DNA from: Candidatus Altimarinota bacterium
GTDB lineage: Bacteria > Patescibacteriota > Gracilibacteria > 1-14-2-50-48-13
Direction of reading: 5' to 3'
Length of the DNA stretch: 64,000 nucleotides
NCBI GenBank assembly: GCA_046314355.1
Contig: JBKBWQ010000001.1
Coordinates: forward strand, 1,216,001-1,280,000
How positions within the stretch are numbered: the stretch's first letter is position 1; each line of letters opens with the position of its first letter. A program made the position numbers and the translations under genes. Under the pieces are notes generated by a model. That model did not search any database. It was not told the DNA's origin and was given only the letters and a program-made list of their open reading frames with translations. Positions 10,913-21,416 of this stretch are shown piece after piece.

Positions 10913-10924
10913 TTTTATGTTCTA

Positions 10925-10960
10925 AAAAGCCACTCTTCAGTATGTGAGAGTGGCTTTTTT
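10925..10960. terminator. Bidirectional terminator
   Basis: AAAAAGCCACTCT...AGAGTGGCTTTTTT between convergent genes. Confidence 0.8.
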
Positions 10961-12073
10961 CTATCTTATGCTTTCGTATCCGCCTTGTACTCCTTTCTTT
11001 GAAAAGACAATCTGCCACAGCTGATTATTTCTGCTTCTGAAGGTAGCAGCGCAGGAGAGAAGGTAAAATCTCCACATGCGGTAAAAACGTTCATCATACT
11101 TATTTGAGAGCTTATTCCAGTGTTTTCTAAAATTGCTTTCCCATGCCATAAGGGTCTTATCATAATTTGTGCCAAAGTTGTGCCAGTCTTCCATTACAAA
11201 AAGTCCTTCACTGGCTGCTGCTATTTGTTTTACTGAAGGAAGCATGCTGTTTGGAAATATATACTTTTCAATCCAAGGATCAGTGTGCGTTGTAGAGACA
11301 TTTCCCCCAATCGTATGTAAAAGAAAAAGTCCATCATCTGCCAGGAGCCTTTGAGCAACTTTCATATAGGTCCTGTAGTTTTTGAATCCCACATGCTCAA
11401 ACATCCCCAGAGAAATAATATGATCAAAGGATCCCTGCATCTCTCTATAATCCATCAGTTGAATATCCACATCCAGCCCTTTACACCGTTCTCTCGCGAG
11501 TTTGACCTGCTCTTTTGCTATAGTGATTCCTGTCACATGTACTTTATACTTTTCTGAAGCAAATTTCGCGAAACTACCCCATCCGCAGCCTATATCCAGT
11601 ATTTTTTGTCCTTCTTTTAGACCTATTTTTTTACAAACAAGGTCAAGTTTTGCTTCCTGTGCGGTATCAAGATCTGTTGCATCTTTCCAGTATCCGCAGG
11701 TATAGACCATATTTTTATCAAGCATTGCTTCATAAAGATCATTTCCAAGATCGTAGTGTACTTCACCGACTTTCAATGCACGCTGCTTTGTCTGTCTATT
11801 TGAAAGTATAGCCAGTGCGGAGTGAAACAGAAACAGAGGAGATCCGATCTGATCGTGCAGATTTGCACAAAGCAGTTTGGTGATCAGTGTATCAATCTCT
11901 TCCGCATCCCACCATCCATCCATATAGGATTCCCCAAAAGCAAGCGTTCCGCCTTTGAGGACGCGTGCATAAAGATTCTCATTATGTACCTGTATATCCC
12001 ACGGATGTGATCCATTGATTTCAACTCCCGCTGAAGAGAGTAACTTTTCCACAAGCTGTTTCGCACTTTCCAT
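10961..12073 (-). CDS. cfa: Cyclopropane-fatty-acyl-phospholipid synthase
   Basis: GESYMDGWW, HYDLGND, YTCGYW, LDIGCGWG SAM motif, GMFEHVG, WIEKYIFP. Confidence 0.95.
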   Translation of the reverse strand: MESAKQLVEKLLSSAGVEINGSHPWDIQVHNENLYARVLKGGTLAFGESYMDGWWDAEEIDTLITKLLCANLHDQIGSPLFLFHSALAILSNRQTKQRALKVGEVHYDLGNDLYEAMLDKNMVYTCGYWKDATDLDTAQEAKLDLVCKKIGLKEGQKILDIGCGWGSFAKFASEKYKVHVTGITIAKEQVKLARERCKGLDVDIQLMDYREMQGSFDHIISLGMFEHVGFKNYRTYMKVAQRLLADDGLFLLHTIGGNVSTTHTDPWIEKYIFPNSMLPSVKQIAAASEGLFVMEDWHNFGTNYDKTLMAWESNFRKHWNKLSNKYDERFYRMWRFYLLSCAATFRSRNNQLWQIVFSKKGVQGGYESIR

Positions 12074-12145
12074 AAAAAAATGAAAAAAATGTATACTTGC
12101 CATTTATAGTATCCCTCTCACAGAAAAAGTAAAAGGAAAGTGGGA

Positions 12146-12262
12146 GGGCGCAGTAATTAGGCTCGATAATTGGGCTCCTATCATTGGGCGCACATTATTG
12201 AGCTCAATTATTGCAGCCTAATTATGTGCGCCCAATTACCGAGCCCCAAATTACTCAATTAC
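12146..12262. repeat. 14-bp modular palindromic repeat, copy B
   Basis: GGGCGCAG TAATT AGGCTCGA TAATT GGGCTCCTA TCATT GGGCGCACA TTATT GAGCTC AATTA TTGCAGCCT AATTA TGTGCGCCC AATTA CCGAGCCCC. Confidence 0.85.
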
Positions 12263-12345
12263 TTTCTTACTCCCTTACTCGAGCCCTTTACTCCTTCCTC
12301 ATTTTTCTGTACCATGCAGATACTTTGTCTATTTATTCTGCATAT

Positions 12346-12606
12346 ATGAATCCTATTACGATTAACCCTGAAGTTTCCACTGGAACTATGCTTACAGCTC
12401 CTACAGGAGAGGCTTATACTACTCCTGTTCCTTTAGATGCCCGTGCACTCTACTCTTCTGAAGTGAATAACACGGATATAAAAAATGAAATGAATATGTT
12501 TGATGCTGTGATCGGAGCAGCAATGCTTGTAATCATAGGACTTATCATCCTTCTTGTTGCGACTAGCAATAAAACACCAAAGGAAGAAAAGAAGATGAAG
12601 AAATAA
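12346..12606 (+). CDS. Small membrane protein with C-terminal TM anchor
   Basis: ATG 12346 (MNPITINPE...), hydrophobic helix followed by a Lys-rich tail; the longer ORF call runs into the repeat. Confidence 0.65.
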   Translation: MNPITINPEVSTGTMLTAPTGEAYTTPVPLDARALYSSEVNNTDIKNEMNMFDAVIGAAMLVIIGLIILLVATSNKTPKEEKKMKK

Positions 12607-12638
12607 TATACAACAGATCTATTACTTACCCCAGGTTC

Positions 12639-13898
12639 ATGTCACATAAATTTTCCCTTCAGCTTTCAGAAAATGATATTGAAATGTCTAGACTTATAGA
12701 TGGTGAACTTGGAAGAATCCGGGATACACTGCAGCTTATACCTTCGGAGAACTTTGCAAGCCGTGCGGTAATGGAAGTGACAGGCTCTATTTTGACAAAT
12801 AAGTATGCAGAAGGATATCCGTATAAGCGGTATTATGAGGGAAATGAGTTTGTGGATCAGATTGAGAGTCTTGCTATTGAGCGTGCAAAAACACTTTTTG
12901 GAGCTGAGTATGCAAATGTGCAGCCTCTTTCTGGAGGACCTGCAAATATGTGCGCCTATGAAGCAATCCTTCAGGATGGAGATACAGTGCTTTCTTTAAA
13001 CCTTGCTCAGGGTGGACACCTTACTCATGGAGCCACAGTAAATTTTTCAGGAAAGAAGTATCACTTTGTGCACTATAATCTTGATCCAGTGACTCATCTG
13101 ATCAACTTTGATGAGGTAAGAGCACTTGCTCAGAAGGAAAAGCCAAAGCTTATTCTAGCAGGGTATACTGCCTATCCGAGAATGGTAGACTTTACACAGT
13201 TTAAAACCATAGCAGATGAAGTAGGAGCACTCTTCATGGCTGATATTTCTCATATTGCAGGACTTATCGTAGGCGGAGTTCATCAAAGTGCAGTACCGTA
13301 TGCAGATATTGTTACAAGTACGACACATAAGACACTTCGAGGTCCTCGGGGAGCTCTGATCCTTGCAAAGGCAGAACTTGGAGATGCTATTAATAAAGCA
13401 GTATTCCCGAGAATACAGGCCGGACCGCATATGCATAGTATCGCAGCAAAAGCTGTAGCGTTTCATGAAGCAATGCAGCCGGACTTTAAAGAATATGCAG
13501 CTCAGATCCTGAAGAATGCAAAGGTTCTTTCAGAAGAGCTTATGAATCTTGGCTACGATCTTGTTTCAGGAGGTACGGATACACATCTCATGATCGTAGA
13601 TTTGAGAAAAAAAGGAATTACAGGAAAAGCTGCTGCAACAGCTCTTGATGAAGCGGGTATTGTAGCAAACAAAAATCTTGTACCGTATGACACTGCTTCA
13701 CCTTTTGTGACAAGTGGTGTACGCCTAGGTACTCCTGCTATGACTACAAGAGGACTAAAGGAAAAGGATATGCTTCAAGTAGCTGCGTGGATGGATAGAG
13801 TAATGAGAAGTGTAGAAAATACTGAAGAGAAAATGAAGGTGAGAGGGGAGATTAAGGAGTATTTGAAGGCATTTCCGCTGTATGACTATTTAGGGTAG
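12639..13898 (+). CDS. glyA: Serine hydroxymethyltransferase
   Basis: LIPSENF, NKYAEGYP, GGHLTHG, TTHKTLRGPRG PLP-lysine motif. Confidence 0.98.
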   Translation: MSHKFSLQLSENDIEMSRLIDGELGRIRDTLQLIPSENFASRAVMEVTGSILTNKYAEGYPYKRYYEGNEFVDQIESLAIERAKTLFGAEYANVQPLSGGPANMCAYEAILQDGDTVLSLNLAQGGHLTHGATVNFSGKKYHFVHYNLDPVTHLINFDEVRALAQKEKPKLILAGYTAYPRMVDFTQFKTIADEVGALFMADISHIAGLIVGGVHQSAVPYADIVTSTTHKTLRGPRGALILAKAELGDAINKAVFPRIQAGPHMHSIAAKAVAFHEAMQPDFKEYAAQILKNAKVLSEELMNLGYDLVSGGTDTHLMIVDLRKKGITGKAAATALDEAGIVANKNLVPYDTASPFVTSGVRLGTPAMTTRGLKEKDMLQVAAWMDRVMRSVENTEEKMKVRGEIKEYLKAFPLYDYLG

Positions 13899-13914
13899 GA
13901 AGGTATTTCTTCTA

Positions 13915-13965
13915 AAAAAGGTAATGACTCTTTTGTCTCATTGATGAAAGAGTCATTACCTTTTT
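13915..13965 (+). terminator. Rho-independent terminator
   Basis: AAAAAGGTAATGACTCTTT...AAAGAGTCATTACCTTTTT. Confidence 0.8.
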
Positions 13966-14053
13966 ATTAATACTTCTTCTCTATTTTCTGATTATTTAGA
14001 AAATAAAGGACATGGTGACATAAATAAAATATATTATAAAATATAATATATTT

Positions 14054-14081
14054 TTGACAAATTATAGATTTTAATTATAAT
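14054..14081 (+). promoter_or_regulatory. Consensus sigma70 promoter
   Basis: TTGACA-16 bp-TATAAT upstream of the 14171 gene. Confidence 0.75.
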
Positions 14082-14170
14082 CCGGCAGTTCGATGAAGTA
14101 GGTGAGAATCTTATTACATTGAATAACAAAGAAAATAAACTAGCGCCTATATGGCAGAAGGAGAGAAAGT

Positions 14171-14701
14171 ATGAAAAGATTTTTTGTGACCGTATTAATG
14201 TCAGGTATCCTAAGTTCTTGTGCAAGTGCGAGTATGACAACTGTTAAACTATTGGACAGTCAAACTCTGCTTGTCTCCGTTACGGAGGTCGATAGCGCAA
14301 AAATTGGATTGGAAGTCTATAATGGTACAAAAGGGAAAATTAAAATTCCTGAGATTGTATTACAGAATAGAGGAACATCTGCTGACGCACATATTGGTAA
14401 AGTATCAGTATTTGTTGGGAATAAGATGTATGGTGCTCCTGTTACTTTCAAAAATGGTATAGCAAGTACCATAGGTGAGAAAGATGCATTGTCTATCCTA
14501 CCTGAGGAAATGGTTCGGCTAAGAATTGAAGTAGGATTTAATTCTGACCAGCCAATGCCTAGTACATTTTCTGCTGAAATTCCGGCTAACGGAATTAAGG
14601 TAAAAGATGAAACTGGTAACGATCTAAATATATCAGGTCTTCCAATAAAAACTCAAAAATTCAATCTTGTACGGGGCAAGACAGATAATCCCGCAAACTA
14701 A
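14171..14701 (+). CDS. Putative lipoprotein with an S-layer-type Ig-like domain
   Basis: Lipobox-like ILSSC; beta-rich domain resembling the C-terminal Ig domains of the giant protein; SD GAAGGAG upstream. Confidence 0.65.
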   Translation: MKRFFVTVLMSGILSSCASASMTTVKLLDSQTLLVSVTEVDSAKIGLEVYNGTKGKIKIPEIVLQNRGTSADAHIGKVSVFVGNKMYGAPVTFKNGIASTIGEKDALSILPEEMVRLRIEVGFNSDQPMPSTFSAEIPANGIKVKDETGNDLNISGLPIKTQKFNLVRGKTDNPAN

Positions 14702-14924
14702 ATAAAAATTATTAAACATCTACCCAGCTGAGCGCTGGGTTTTTTTGTTCTTGAGCACTATCTTAGTGTAACTTCACATTCTCAAGACAGAATCATCTAA
14801 TATTGCAATATAATTTATATGAGATACAATACACTGGACTTTTTGTATTTACTTATTGTTTGTGTCTAAGTATTCCCAGATTCAAATACGGGAATAGAAG
14901 CTAGACCGAATCATTTACCTCTCT

Positions 14925-17108
14925 ATGACATTTCTCACGCAGTTTCTAAACTTCTTTTTTCTCAATTCCTTTGTTTTCCTCTCATCCGTACTGCTTGCGA
15001 TCTATTTAAGTAACTACCGTATCAAGGACTGGGCAAAAGTACTGATCACTGTCTCTGTGATCTTCTATTCGCTCATTACTTTCTCCTCAGTGCTCCTTGG
15101 AATGTTCAAGGTGCTTTTTTTCTGGCCGCAGATGATTTTTCATTCTTTGCTCCTGATCACACTGCTTGCTACGGTAGGAAGAAGAATGCTCAAGGAATGG
15201 CATAGAATGGATATTTCTCCAGAAAGTAAACCTATAGACTGGTTTCTTTTTGCCGCGATATTTACACCGTTTCTCATTCTCGCATTTACGAGATTTTTCA
15301 ATGCGCTGTATCAGGTGCCTATTGAGTATGATAATCTTGCCTATCATCTGCCTTTTATGGTGGACTGGCTTCAAAATGGAAATCTTTGGAAAGTATATTA
15401 CAGTGCCTTTGCTGGACCTCTCGGATACTATCCAAGCAACTTTGAACTCCTTGATCTCTGGATTGCGCTTCCATTTCATAGTGATTTGATGATCAATCTC
15501 ATCAATATCCCTATATTTGTACTTTTGCCGCTGGTACTTTACAAAGTAGCACGTAATTTTGGTATTACAGGACATGGCTCACTTCTTGTGGTGATTCTCT
15601 TTCTGATGATGCCTGTAACTATGCGTCAGCTTGGTGTTCCGCTTGTGGACATCTATTTCTGTCTTACATTTCTCTGGGGACTTTATTACCTTCAGGAGTT
15701 CAGAAAGACTGGGCATCTCAATGAAGTATTTATTGCAGGACTAGCTCTTGGACTCTTTGCCGGTACAAAGTATCTGGGTATTGTGTATATAGTGCCTCTG
15801 GTGCTTATCTTCATGATTTTCCTTTTTTTCAGTTCAAAGAAAAAATTCAAAAGCCTTTGGTGGGGAAGCTTTATTCTTATCTCTGCGATGTTCCTAACAG
15901 GAAGCTTCTGGTATCTCCGTAACTGGATAGACACTGGCAATCCATTATTTCCTACAGATGTGGTGATTGGCGGACAGACTATTTTTAAAGGATATCTTGG
16001 TATTACGGATAATCTAGTACAGACCTCTCTTGTAAGTAATATTCCGTTGGGCTATTCCTTTGACTACTTCGCAGACCGCTTCTTTGTGATGGTAGGAGGG
16101 CAGTCATTTCTGTTCCTTGCGTGTTTTGTACTGCTTCTGATGATTATTATAGTAAAAGGAGTGTTTTCTCTTATCGCAAAGGATCTTGAGAAGAAAAAGA
16201 GAGATAGAATGAGATTTATTGCGTATGTGCTCGTAGTAGGTGCTATCCTCACCTACTTGATCGGATATTGGTTCTCTCCATACTCATTCAAAGATCTGAT
16301 CCCGAATGTGAGGTATGCGTTCATGTTTCTACTGCTTGCCTGTATTATGGTGGGTATTGTGGTGTCTGAGATACGGTTTCTGAGACCCTTTGTCTATCTT
16401 GCGGGCTTTGGTGTAGTGCTCTACAACTTTATCTACCTCATTCTCTTTCCGCCTCCATCTATTCTTACAAATGAAAAACTGCTTTTGGATTTTATGCAGT
16501 TAAAGGATTATCTGGCATATGTTATTGTCTTCATTCTTCTTCTCGCAGGTATTGGAGCATTCTTCACATTTCTTAGATTTACGCTTCGGGATAAAAAACT
16601 CCTCATTGTATGTGTTCTTCTTGGACTCAACACTGGAGCTCTTTCTTACATACTCTTTTTTAATACCGGGCAGATAAGAGAACAGGTAAGGACAAATCTT
16701 TACTACTCTTGGTATAATCAGAATCAGGAGTGGCTGAACCTTCTTGAGTCAGCGGAGTGGTTTAATAAAAATGCTCCGAAGGCAAATATTGCATACACAG
16801 GATTCAATTTTCACTACCCGCTTTTCGGTAGAAAGCTTGATAGAAAAGTAGATTATATTAATGTCAATGACTGTTCTGAGTGTACCTATAAGGATTTTAA
16901 AACAAGCACCACTTCTATTCGTTCGGATGCGGCATATCCAGCATGGGAGAGTAATCTAAGAAAATTCAATAAAGAGTACATTGTCGTGAAAAAGGGACAT
17001 CTTACTGACTCTATGGAAATGACATGGATACTCGGACAACCGAATGTATTTAAGGAGGTATTTAAAATAAATGATGTGATTATTTACAAGATAGAAAAGG
17101 GTGTGTAG
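14925..17108 (+). CDS. Polytopic GT-C-type glycosyltransferase (ArnT/PMT-like)
   Basis: Many TM helices; DNLAYHLP loop, GTKY, WYLRNWIDTGNPLFP, RY motif; soluble C-terminal domain. Confidence 0.75.
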   Translation: MTFLTQFLNFFFLNSFVFLSSVLLAIYLSNYRIKDWAKVLITVSVIFYSLITFSSVLLGMFKVLFFWPQMIFHSLLLITLLATVGRRMLKEWHRMDISPESKPIDWFLFAAIFTPFLILAFTRFFNALYQVPIEYDNLAYHLPFMVDWLQNGNLWKVYYSAFAGPLGYYPSNFELLDLWIALPFHSDLMINLINIPIFVLLPLVLYKVARNFGITGHGSLLVVILFLMMPVTMRQLGVPLVDIYFCLTFLWGLYYLQEFRKTGHLNEVFIAGLALGLFAGTKYLGIVYIVPLVLIFMIFLFFSSKKKFKSLWWGSFILISAMFLTGSFWYLRNWIDTGNPLFPTDVVIGGQTIFKGYLGITDNLVQTSLVSNIPLGYSFDYFADRFFVMVGGQSFLFLACFVLLLMIIIVKGVFSLIAKDLEKKKRDRMRFIAYVLVVGAILTYLIGYWFSPYSFKDLIPNVRYAFMFLLLACIMVGIVVSEIRFLRPFVYLAGFGVVLYNFIYLILFPPPSILTNEKLLLDFMQLKDYLAYVIVFILLLAGIGAFFTFLRFTLRDKKLLIVCVLLGLNTGALSYILFFNTGQIREQVRTNLYYSWYNQNQEWLNLLESAEWFNKNAPKANIAYTGFNFHYPLFGRKLDRKVDYINVNDCSECTYKDFKTSTTSIRSDAAYPAWESNLRKFNKEYIVVKKGHLTDSMEMTWILGQPNVFKEVFKINDVIIYKIEKGV

Positions 17109-17177
17109 TAATATTGACAAATATTATTTTAATGATAAATTATCGTTAAACTATAAAATTACTCCCATACTCTTATT

Positions 17178-18422
17178 ATGTCTTCACTTCCAAGTACTAC
17201 TACAATTACCTTCCCGTATGCACAAAAAGCAGCATGGGAGTTTCTCAGAGTTCATTGGTTACAATTACTACTTCTTGTAGTATCTCTCTTTATATTGAGT
17301 GTTATAGCTGGAATTCTCTTAGCACTTATTGTAGGAGGTATGGTTTTCGCTTTCTCTGCGGGCAAACTAACAGTAGGGACATATCTTTTTTCCGTGATCG
17401 GAGGGATGATAACAGCCTGGATACTCTTCACATATATAATTGGTACCTGGTTTGCAGTTTCTTTCAGTGAGTATGTGGCAAACAATTACCGCGGTAATAA
17501 GATTAATTTTTGGTCAGCAATAAAAAAAGGATGGCAAATTCTGGCTAAATCCTTTGGAACAATGCTGATCCATTTCTTGTGTCTGGGAGCATGTTTTGTT
17601 AGTATGCTTCTAGTTTCTGCAGTACTTTACTCTTTTGTTTCTTTCTACATTGCGCTCAGTAATTCAGCCAATCTGGTACTGGTATATATACTGAATTCCT
17701 TATTTCTCCTTATCCCATTTCTGGGCACATGGATGCTTGCTCTCTATCTCAGTTTTACCATGTATGCTGTAGTGACACCGGGAAAATATTATTTCCCTGC
17801 AGTATTTTATAGTATCTCTCTCATCAAAGGAAAATGGTGGAAACTCTTTGGATACCATATGTTCTATACGGTCATCACATTACTAATAGTTGCTGCATAT
17901 TATTTGCTGATGGCGGTCACTAAGGAATCAGCTGTATTAACAATACTGATAACTCTTCTCTACTACATAATCACGCTGGTTATCTCACTTAGTTATGCAG
18001 TCTGTATGAATATAGTATTTCTACATTTTTCAGGACAAAATACGCCAGTTGGTATAATAGATACTGAATCACAAGATAAGAAATCATCCCATTTCGTACG
18101 TATGAGCGTTATCTGCCTGCTGCTTATAGCTTTAGCAGGTGTAGGGACATACTCTGCAGCTGACACACTACAGCCACTACTAAACAACTTTACTAAACTG
18201 ATACAAACCCGAGAAGGAAGTACCTCAGGATCAGTACTTACTGGTGGTCTCACAACAGGAGATACACAAGGTAATGGCGTATGTATGGAAGGATATGAGG
18301 AATACTGTAAAAGTATGAATAGTCAGACTTCACGAATTAATAGCTTCGGGACGAATGCACAGATAAATAGTAATCAAAATCAGGAGTATCATCCTAATAG
18401 AATCTATCACGATAAGGAATAA
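17178..18422 (+). CDS. Integral membrane protein (YciC/GPDPase membrane-domain-like) with extracellular tail
   Basis: Multiple TMs, SISLIKGKWWKLFG motif; paralogue of 19644-20564. Confidence 0.7.
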   Translation: MSSLPSTTTITFPYAQKAAWEFLRVHWLQLLLLVVSLFILSVIAGILLALIVGGMVFAFSAGKLTVGTYLFSVIGGMITAWILFTYIIGTWFAVSFSEYVANNYRGNKINFWSAIKKGWQILAKSFGTMLIHFLCLGACFVSMLLVSAVLYSFVSFYIALSNSANLVLVYILNSLFLLIPFLGTWMLALYLSFTMYAVVTPGKYYFPAVFYSISLIKGKWWKLFGYHMFYTVITLLIVAAYYLLMAVTKESAVLTILITLLYYIITLVISLSYAVCMNIVFLHFSGQNTPVGIIDTESQDKKSSHFVRMSVICLLLIALAGVGTYSAADTLQPLLNNFTKLIQTREGSTSGSVLTGGLTTGDTQGNGVCMEGYEEYCKSMNSQTSRINSFGTNAQINSNQNQEYHPNRIYHDKE

Positions 18423-18513
18423 ATATATCTTCGTGACAGTACTGAATTAACAAATTTTCTGTATAAAAAACCTGGACTATATATAGTCCAGGTTTTTTTA
18501 GTGATAAAAGTAT

Positions 18514-19509
18514 CTAAAGAGTGAAGTTATCTGTAGTAACTCGGTTCATACCCGCATCTGCAAATCTCTCATATGCCCTCTCAGCATCATCCGTAAAGTC
18601 CACGACTCCTGGAATAACTACCGCAGAAGAGCAGTCATCAAGGAGGTAGACTTTTTCTGCAAGCAGAGGATCTCTGGTTCTTATCTCGGATAAGAGATCA
18701 TCTATGGTCCAAGCGACACAGTGAGACTTTGCCTGACCTGCTATAATGATTTTGTCATAAGTGAGGAGTGTTTCCACAAAGGCAGTGTTTTTTGTTGCTA
18801 TAGTTTTTCCGTTGTGATCATCACGTACTTCTGGTGCGAGCACGGAGTAGTTTTCTGTCAAAAAATTATCTCCTTTTATCTCCATGTGTACTTTACTGGA
18901 TCTTGCGATGCTATGAAAGAAGATCGCCTCTTCTACTGATGATACTAATGCATGACCAATTCCGCCCTGCATTGCGTGGTATGGCCAGATGATAAGCGGG
19001 TATTTCTCATCCTTCGCGAGCTTTTCTACATAATGAAGTGCGTATTTTGAAAGCTCTTCATGAGAGATATCCTTTGTTGTTGCACGGGGGCTTACTTTCC
19101 ATTTGCCTGTTCGTACTTCGTTTGCTTGGATTATTGTAGAAGGAGTTGGATGATGTCCTTCCGCGTCTACCCAGAAAAGAGGATGGAATATCTGAAGTGC
19201 TGCATGGGTATCTAAAGTAGGGAAGATAGAAGTAATTTTTCCTAGATTTTTATAGATAAATTCACATAGACGTACATTGTCTTCAATAGCGCCTCTTCCT
19301 GATCTGCCACCAACGTAGAGCTCAAACTCTGGAAGACAAAAGGTGTTTTGAACATCAATAAGCAGCAAGGCTACTTTCTCTTTATCAGTACTGCTTGGGG
19401 TAATATCATATTTTTCTTTCCATTCACGAGCATCTTCTGCTCTTTCTAAGTAAGGTACACGGTAGAAAGTCTCAAGTTTCTTTGTATTAAAGTATGGAGG
19501 TATATTCAT
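18514..19509 (-). CDS. Isochorismatase/nicotinamidase-family cysteine hydrolase
   Basis: LLIDVQNTFC, TLDTH, WPYH, KG, AGQAKSHCV catalytic motifs. Confidence 0.9.
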   Translation of the reverse strand: MNIPPYFNTKKLETFYRVPYLERAEDAREWKEKYDITPSSTDKEKVALLLIDVQNTFCLPEFELYVGGRSGRGAIEDNVRLCEFIYKNLGKITSIFPTLDTHAALQIFHPLFWVDAEGHHPTPSTIIQANEVRTGKWKVSPRATTKDISHEELSKYALHYVEKLAKDEKYPLIIWPYHAMQGGIGHALVSSVEEAIFFHSIARSSKVHMEIKGDNFLTENYSVLAPEVRDDHNGKTIATKNTAFVETLLTYDKIIIAGQAKSHCVAWTIDDLLSEIRTRDPLLAEKVYLLDDCSSAVVIPGVVDFTDDAERAYERFADAGMNRVTTDNFTL

Positions 19510-19643
19510 AAAAGCGGGGTTATTGAATGCGAAATGATATTATCACGAAGGATTTATCAAACACAAGCAGGAGATATACATGCTAATTTACAAAGATGCG
19601 TAGGCACAGTATAATGTATGCATATTCTATTTTTACACCTTCT

Positions 19644-20564
19644 ATGTCTACTCAAACTCTAGATCCGAATCTTAGCTTCACTGACTATTATTCTCTTGCC
19701 TGGAAATTTTTTGCCACGAATTTTAAAGATATTGCGATACTAGCGCTTATCTTTCTTCTGCCGGGGCTTATACTTGGACTGATCGCAGCAAGTGGTGTGA
19801 TCTTTGGAGCTTCAAACGCTTTATTCTCACAAGATATCTTAGGAAGTATCACTACATTTTTGATACCCACTATTCTTATTGGTGTGGTATTTCAATTTGT
19901 GATTAGTATCTGGATGGTGCTTACGTTTACAAATTATGTAACGGAAGTCTATCAGGGAGCTCAGATGACATGGAAGCAGGCACTTGCAGAAGGATGGAAA
20001 ATGTTTAAACGAGGATGGAGTACCTACTTGATACTAGCAGCCATTTTTCTTGCTGTATTTATTATTGCCGGTATCATCGCAGGATTTATCATGGGAGCTA
20101 CGGGCATGTTTGATCAGGTGAGTAGTGTGTCTGCCGATGCAACTTTTGATATTCTCTCACTACTTCCATATATGTTGAATATGGCAGTGATAGTATTCTT
20201 TGCAGCTATTCCACTTATTATTCTTGGTATATACTGGATGTTTGTAAGTAACGCTATTGTAGTCTTTGATAAGAGAAATATGGAGGCATTAAATTTCAGT
20301 AAGAGTCTTGTAAAAGGAAGATGGCTGCGCATGTTTGGATATGCTGTTGCGTGGGCATGTGTTTCCATCTTTGTTAGCTTGCTCATGGGATTGGTGATTG
20401 GTATTCTTGGAAAGATTATCCCTGAAGAAATCACATCACTTATTAATTCATACTATACTTTAGTCCTACAGGCTTTTGGTATGGTCTATTTTACGATAGT
20501 GTTTCTTCATATTGCTCCGAAGACAGGTAAAAATAAAGTAATCGGGGAAGCCACTGCTGAGTAA
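19644..20564 (+). CDS. Integral membrane protein (YciC/GPDPase membrane-domain-like)
   Basis: Multiple TMs, SKSLVKGRWLRMFG motif; TTTACA-17-TATAAT upstream. Confidence 0.7.
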   Translation: MSTQTLDPNLSFTDYYSLAWKFFATNFKDIAILALIFLLPGLILGLIAASGVIFGASNALFSQDILGSITTFLIPTILIGVVFQFVISIWMVLTFTNYVTEVYQGAQMTWKQALAEGWKMFKRGWSTYLILAAIFLAVFIIAGIIAGFIMGATGMFDQVSSVSADATFDILSLLPYMLNMAVIVFFAAIPLIILGIYWMFVSNAIVVFDKRNMEALNFSKSLVKGRWLRMFGYAVAWACVSIFVSLLMGLVIGILGKIIPEEITSLINSYYTLVLQAFGMVYFTIVFLHIAPKTGKNKVIGEATAE

Positions 20565-20888
20565 GACAGCACCAAAATAGAGAGATGAGATAGTATGTAT
20601 AAATATAATTTTCATATATTGTGCATAAGATTATCTCATCTCTTTTTTTATACAGTGCCTTTCAAGTTCGTCGAAAGTATATCAACAGACGCTTGAGGTA
20701 AGCACAAAATCACTTAAAGAAAATAATAATATTATTGAAAGTGAAGGCCAGGCAAATACAAATAGCAGCTATTCTTTCTCAAATAACGGGAATGCTTATC
20801 AGACTTACGGTTAAGTATATTAATTCTTTGACACTGCAGAAACTTTACGTAGAGTAAAGACATATTTTATAGAATTTATCTACTATTT

Positions 20889-21359
20889 ATGGAACACGAA
20901 AGAACACTCATTATTATCAAACCAGATGCGATCCAGCGAGGACTTGTAGGTGAGGTAATCGGACGATTTGAGAAAAAGGGACTTAAAATCATGGGTATGA
21001 AGATGATGAGTTTAAATGATGCTATGCTTAGAGATCATTACTCTCATATTGCTGATAAGCCTTTTTTCCCAGGTATCTCTAACTTTATGCAGAGCTCTCC
21101 TGTAATCGTTATGTGTATTGAAGGTCTTGAGGTAGTGGAGGCAGTACGAATCCTTTGTGGAATTACAAAGGCTCGAACAGCTGAGGCTGGTTCTATCCGG
21201 GGAGATCTTGCGATGAGCATTCAGTGCAATGTAGTACATGCATCTGACTCAGTAGAAAACGGTCAGGCAGAGGTAGCTAGATTCTTTGGTGAAGAGGAGC
21301 TCTTCAAGTATGACAAATCAGAGTATCTTCATGTATATGCAAACGACGAGCGAGCATAA
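20889..21359 (+). CDS. ndk: Nucleoside diphosphate kinase
   Basis: ERTLIIIKPDAIQRGLVGE, GSIRGD, NVVHASDS. Confidence 0.98.
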   Translation: MEHERTLIIIKPDAIQRGLVGEVIGRFEKKGLKIMGMKMMSLNDAMLRDHYSHIADKPFFPGISNFMQSSPVIVMCIEGLEVVEAVRILCGITKARTAEAGSIRGDLAMSIQCNVVHASDSVENGQAEVARFFGEEELFKYDKSEYLHVYANDERA

Positions 21360-21370
21360 GGTATAAGTTT

Positions 21371-21407
21371 AAAAAAGCACTCCTAGCAAATAGGGAGTGC
21401 TTTTTTT
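21371..21407. terminator. Bidirectional terminator
   Basis: AAAAAAGCACTCC...GGAGTGCTTTTTTT. Confidence 0.8.
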
Positions 21408-21416
21408 ATAAAATAT

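Noticed and set aside
14082-14170. Riboswitch in the leader of the 14171 gene
   Set aside because: No recognisable aptamer consensus or convincing structure.
20629-20814. tmRNA-like tag reading frame (ANTNSSYSF...YG*)
   Set aside because: No tRNA-like 5' GGGG or T-arm/CCA ends; more likely a start-less gene remnant.
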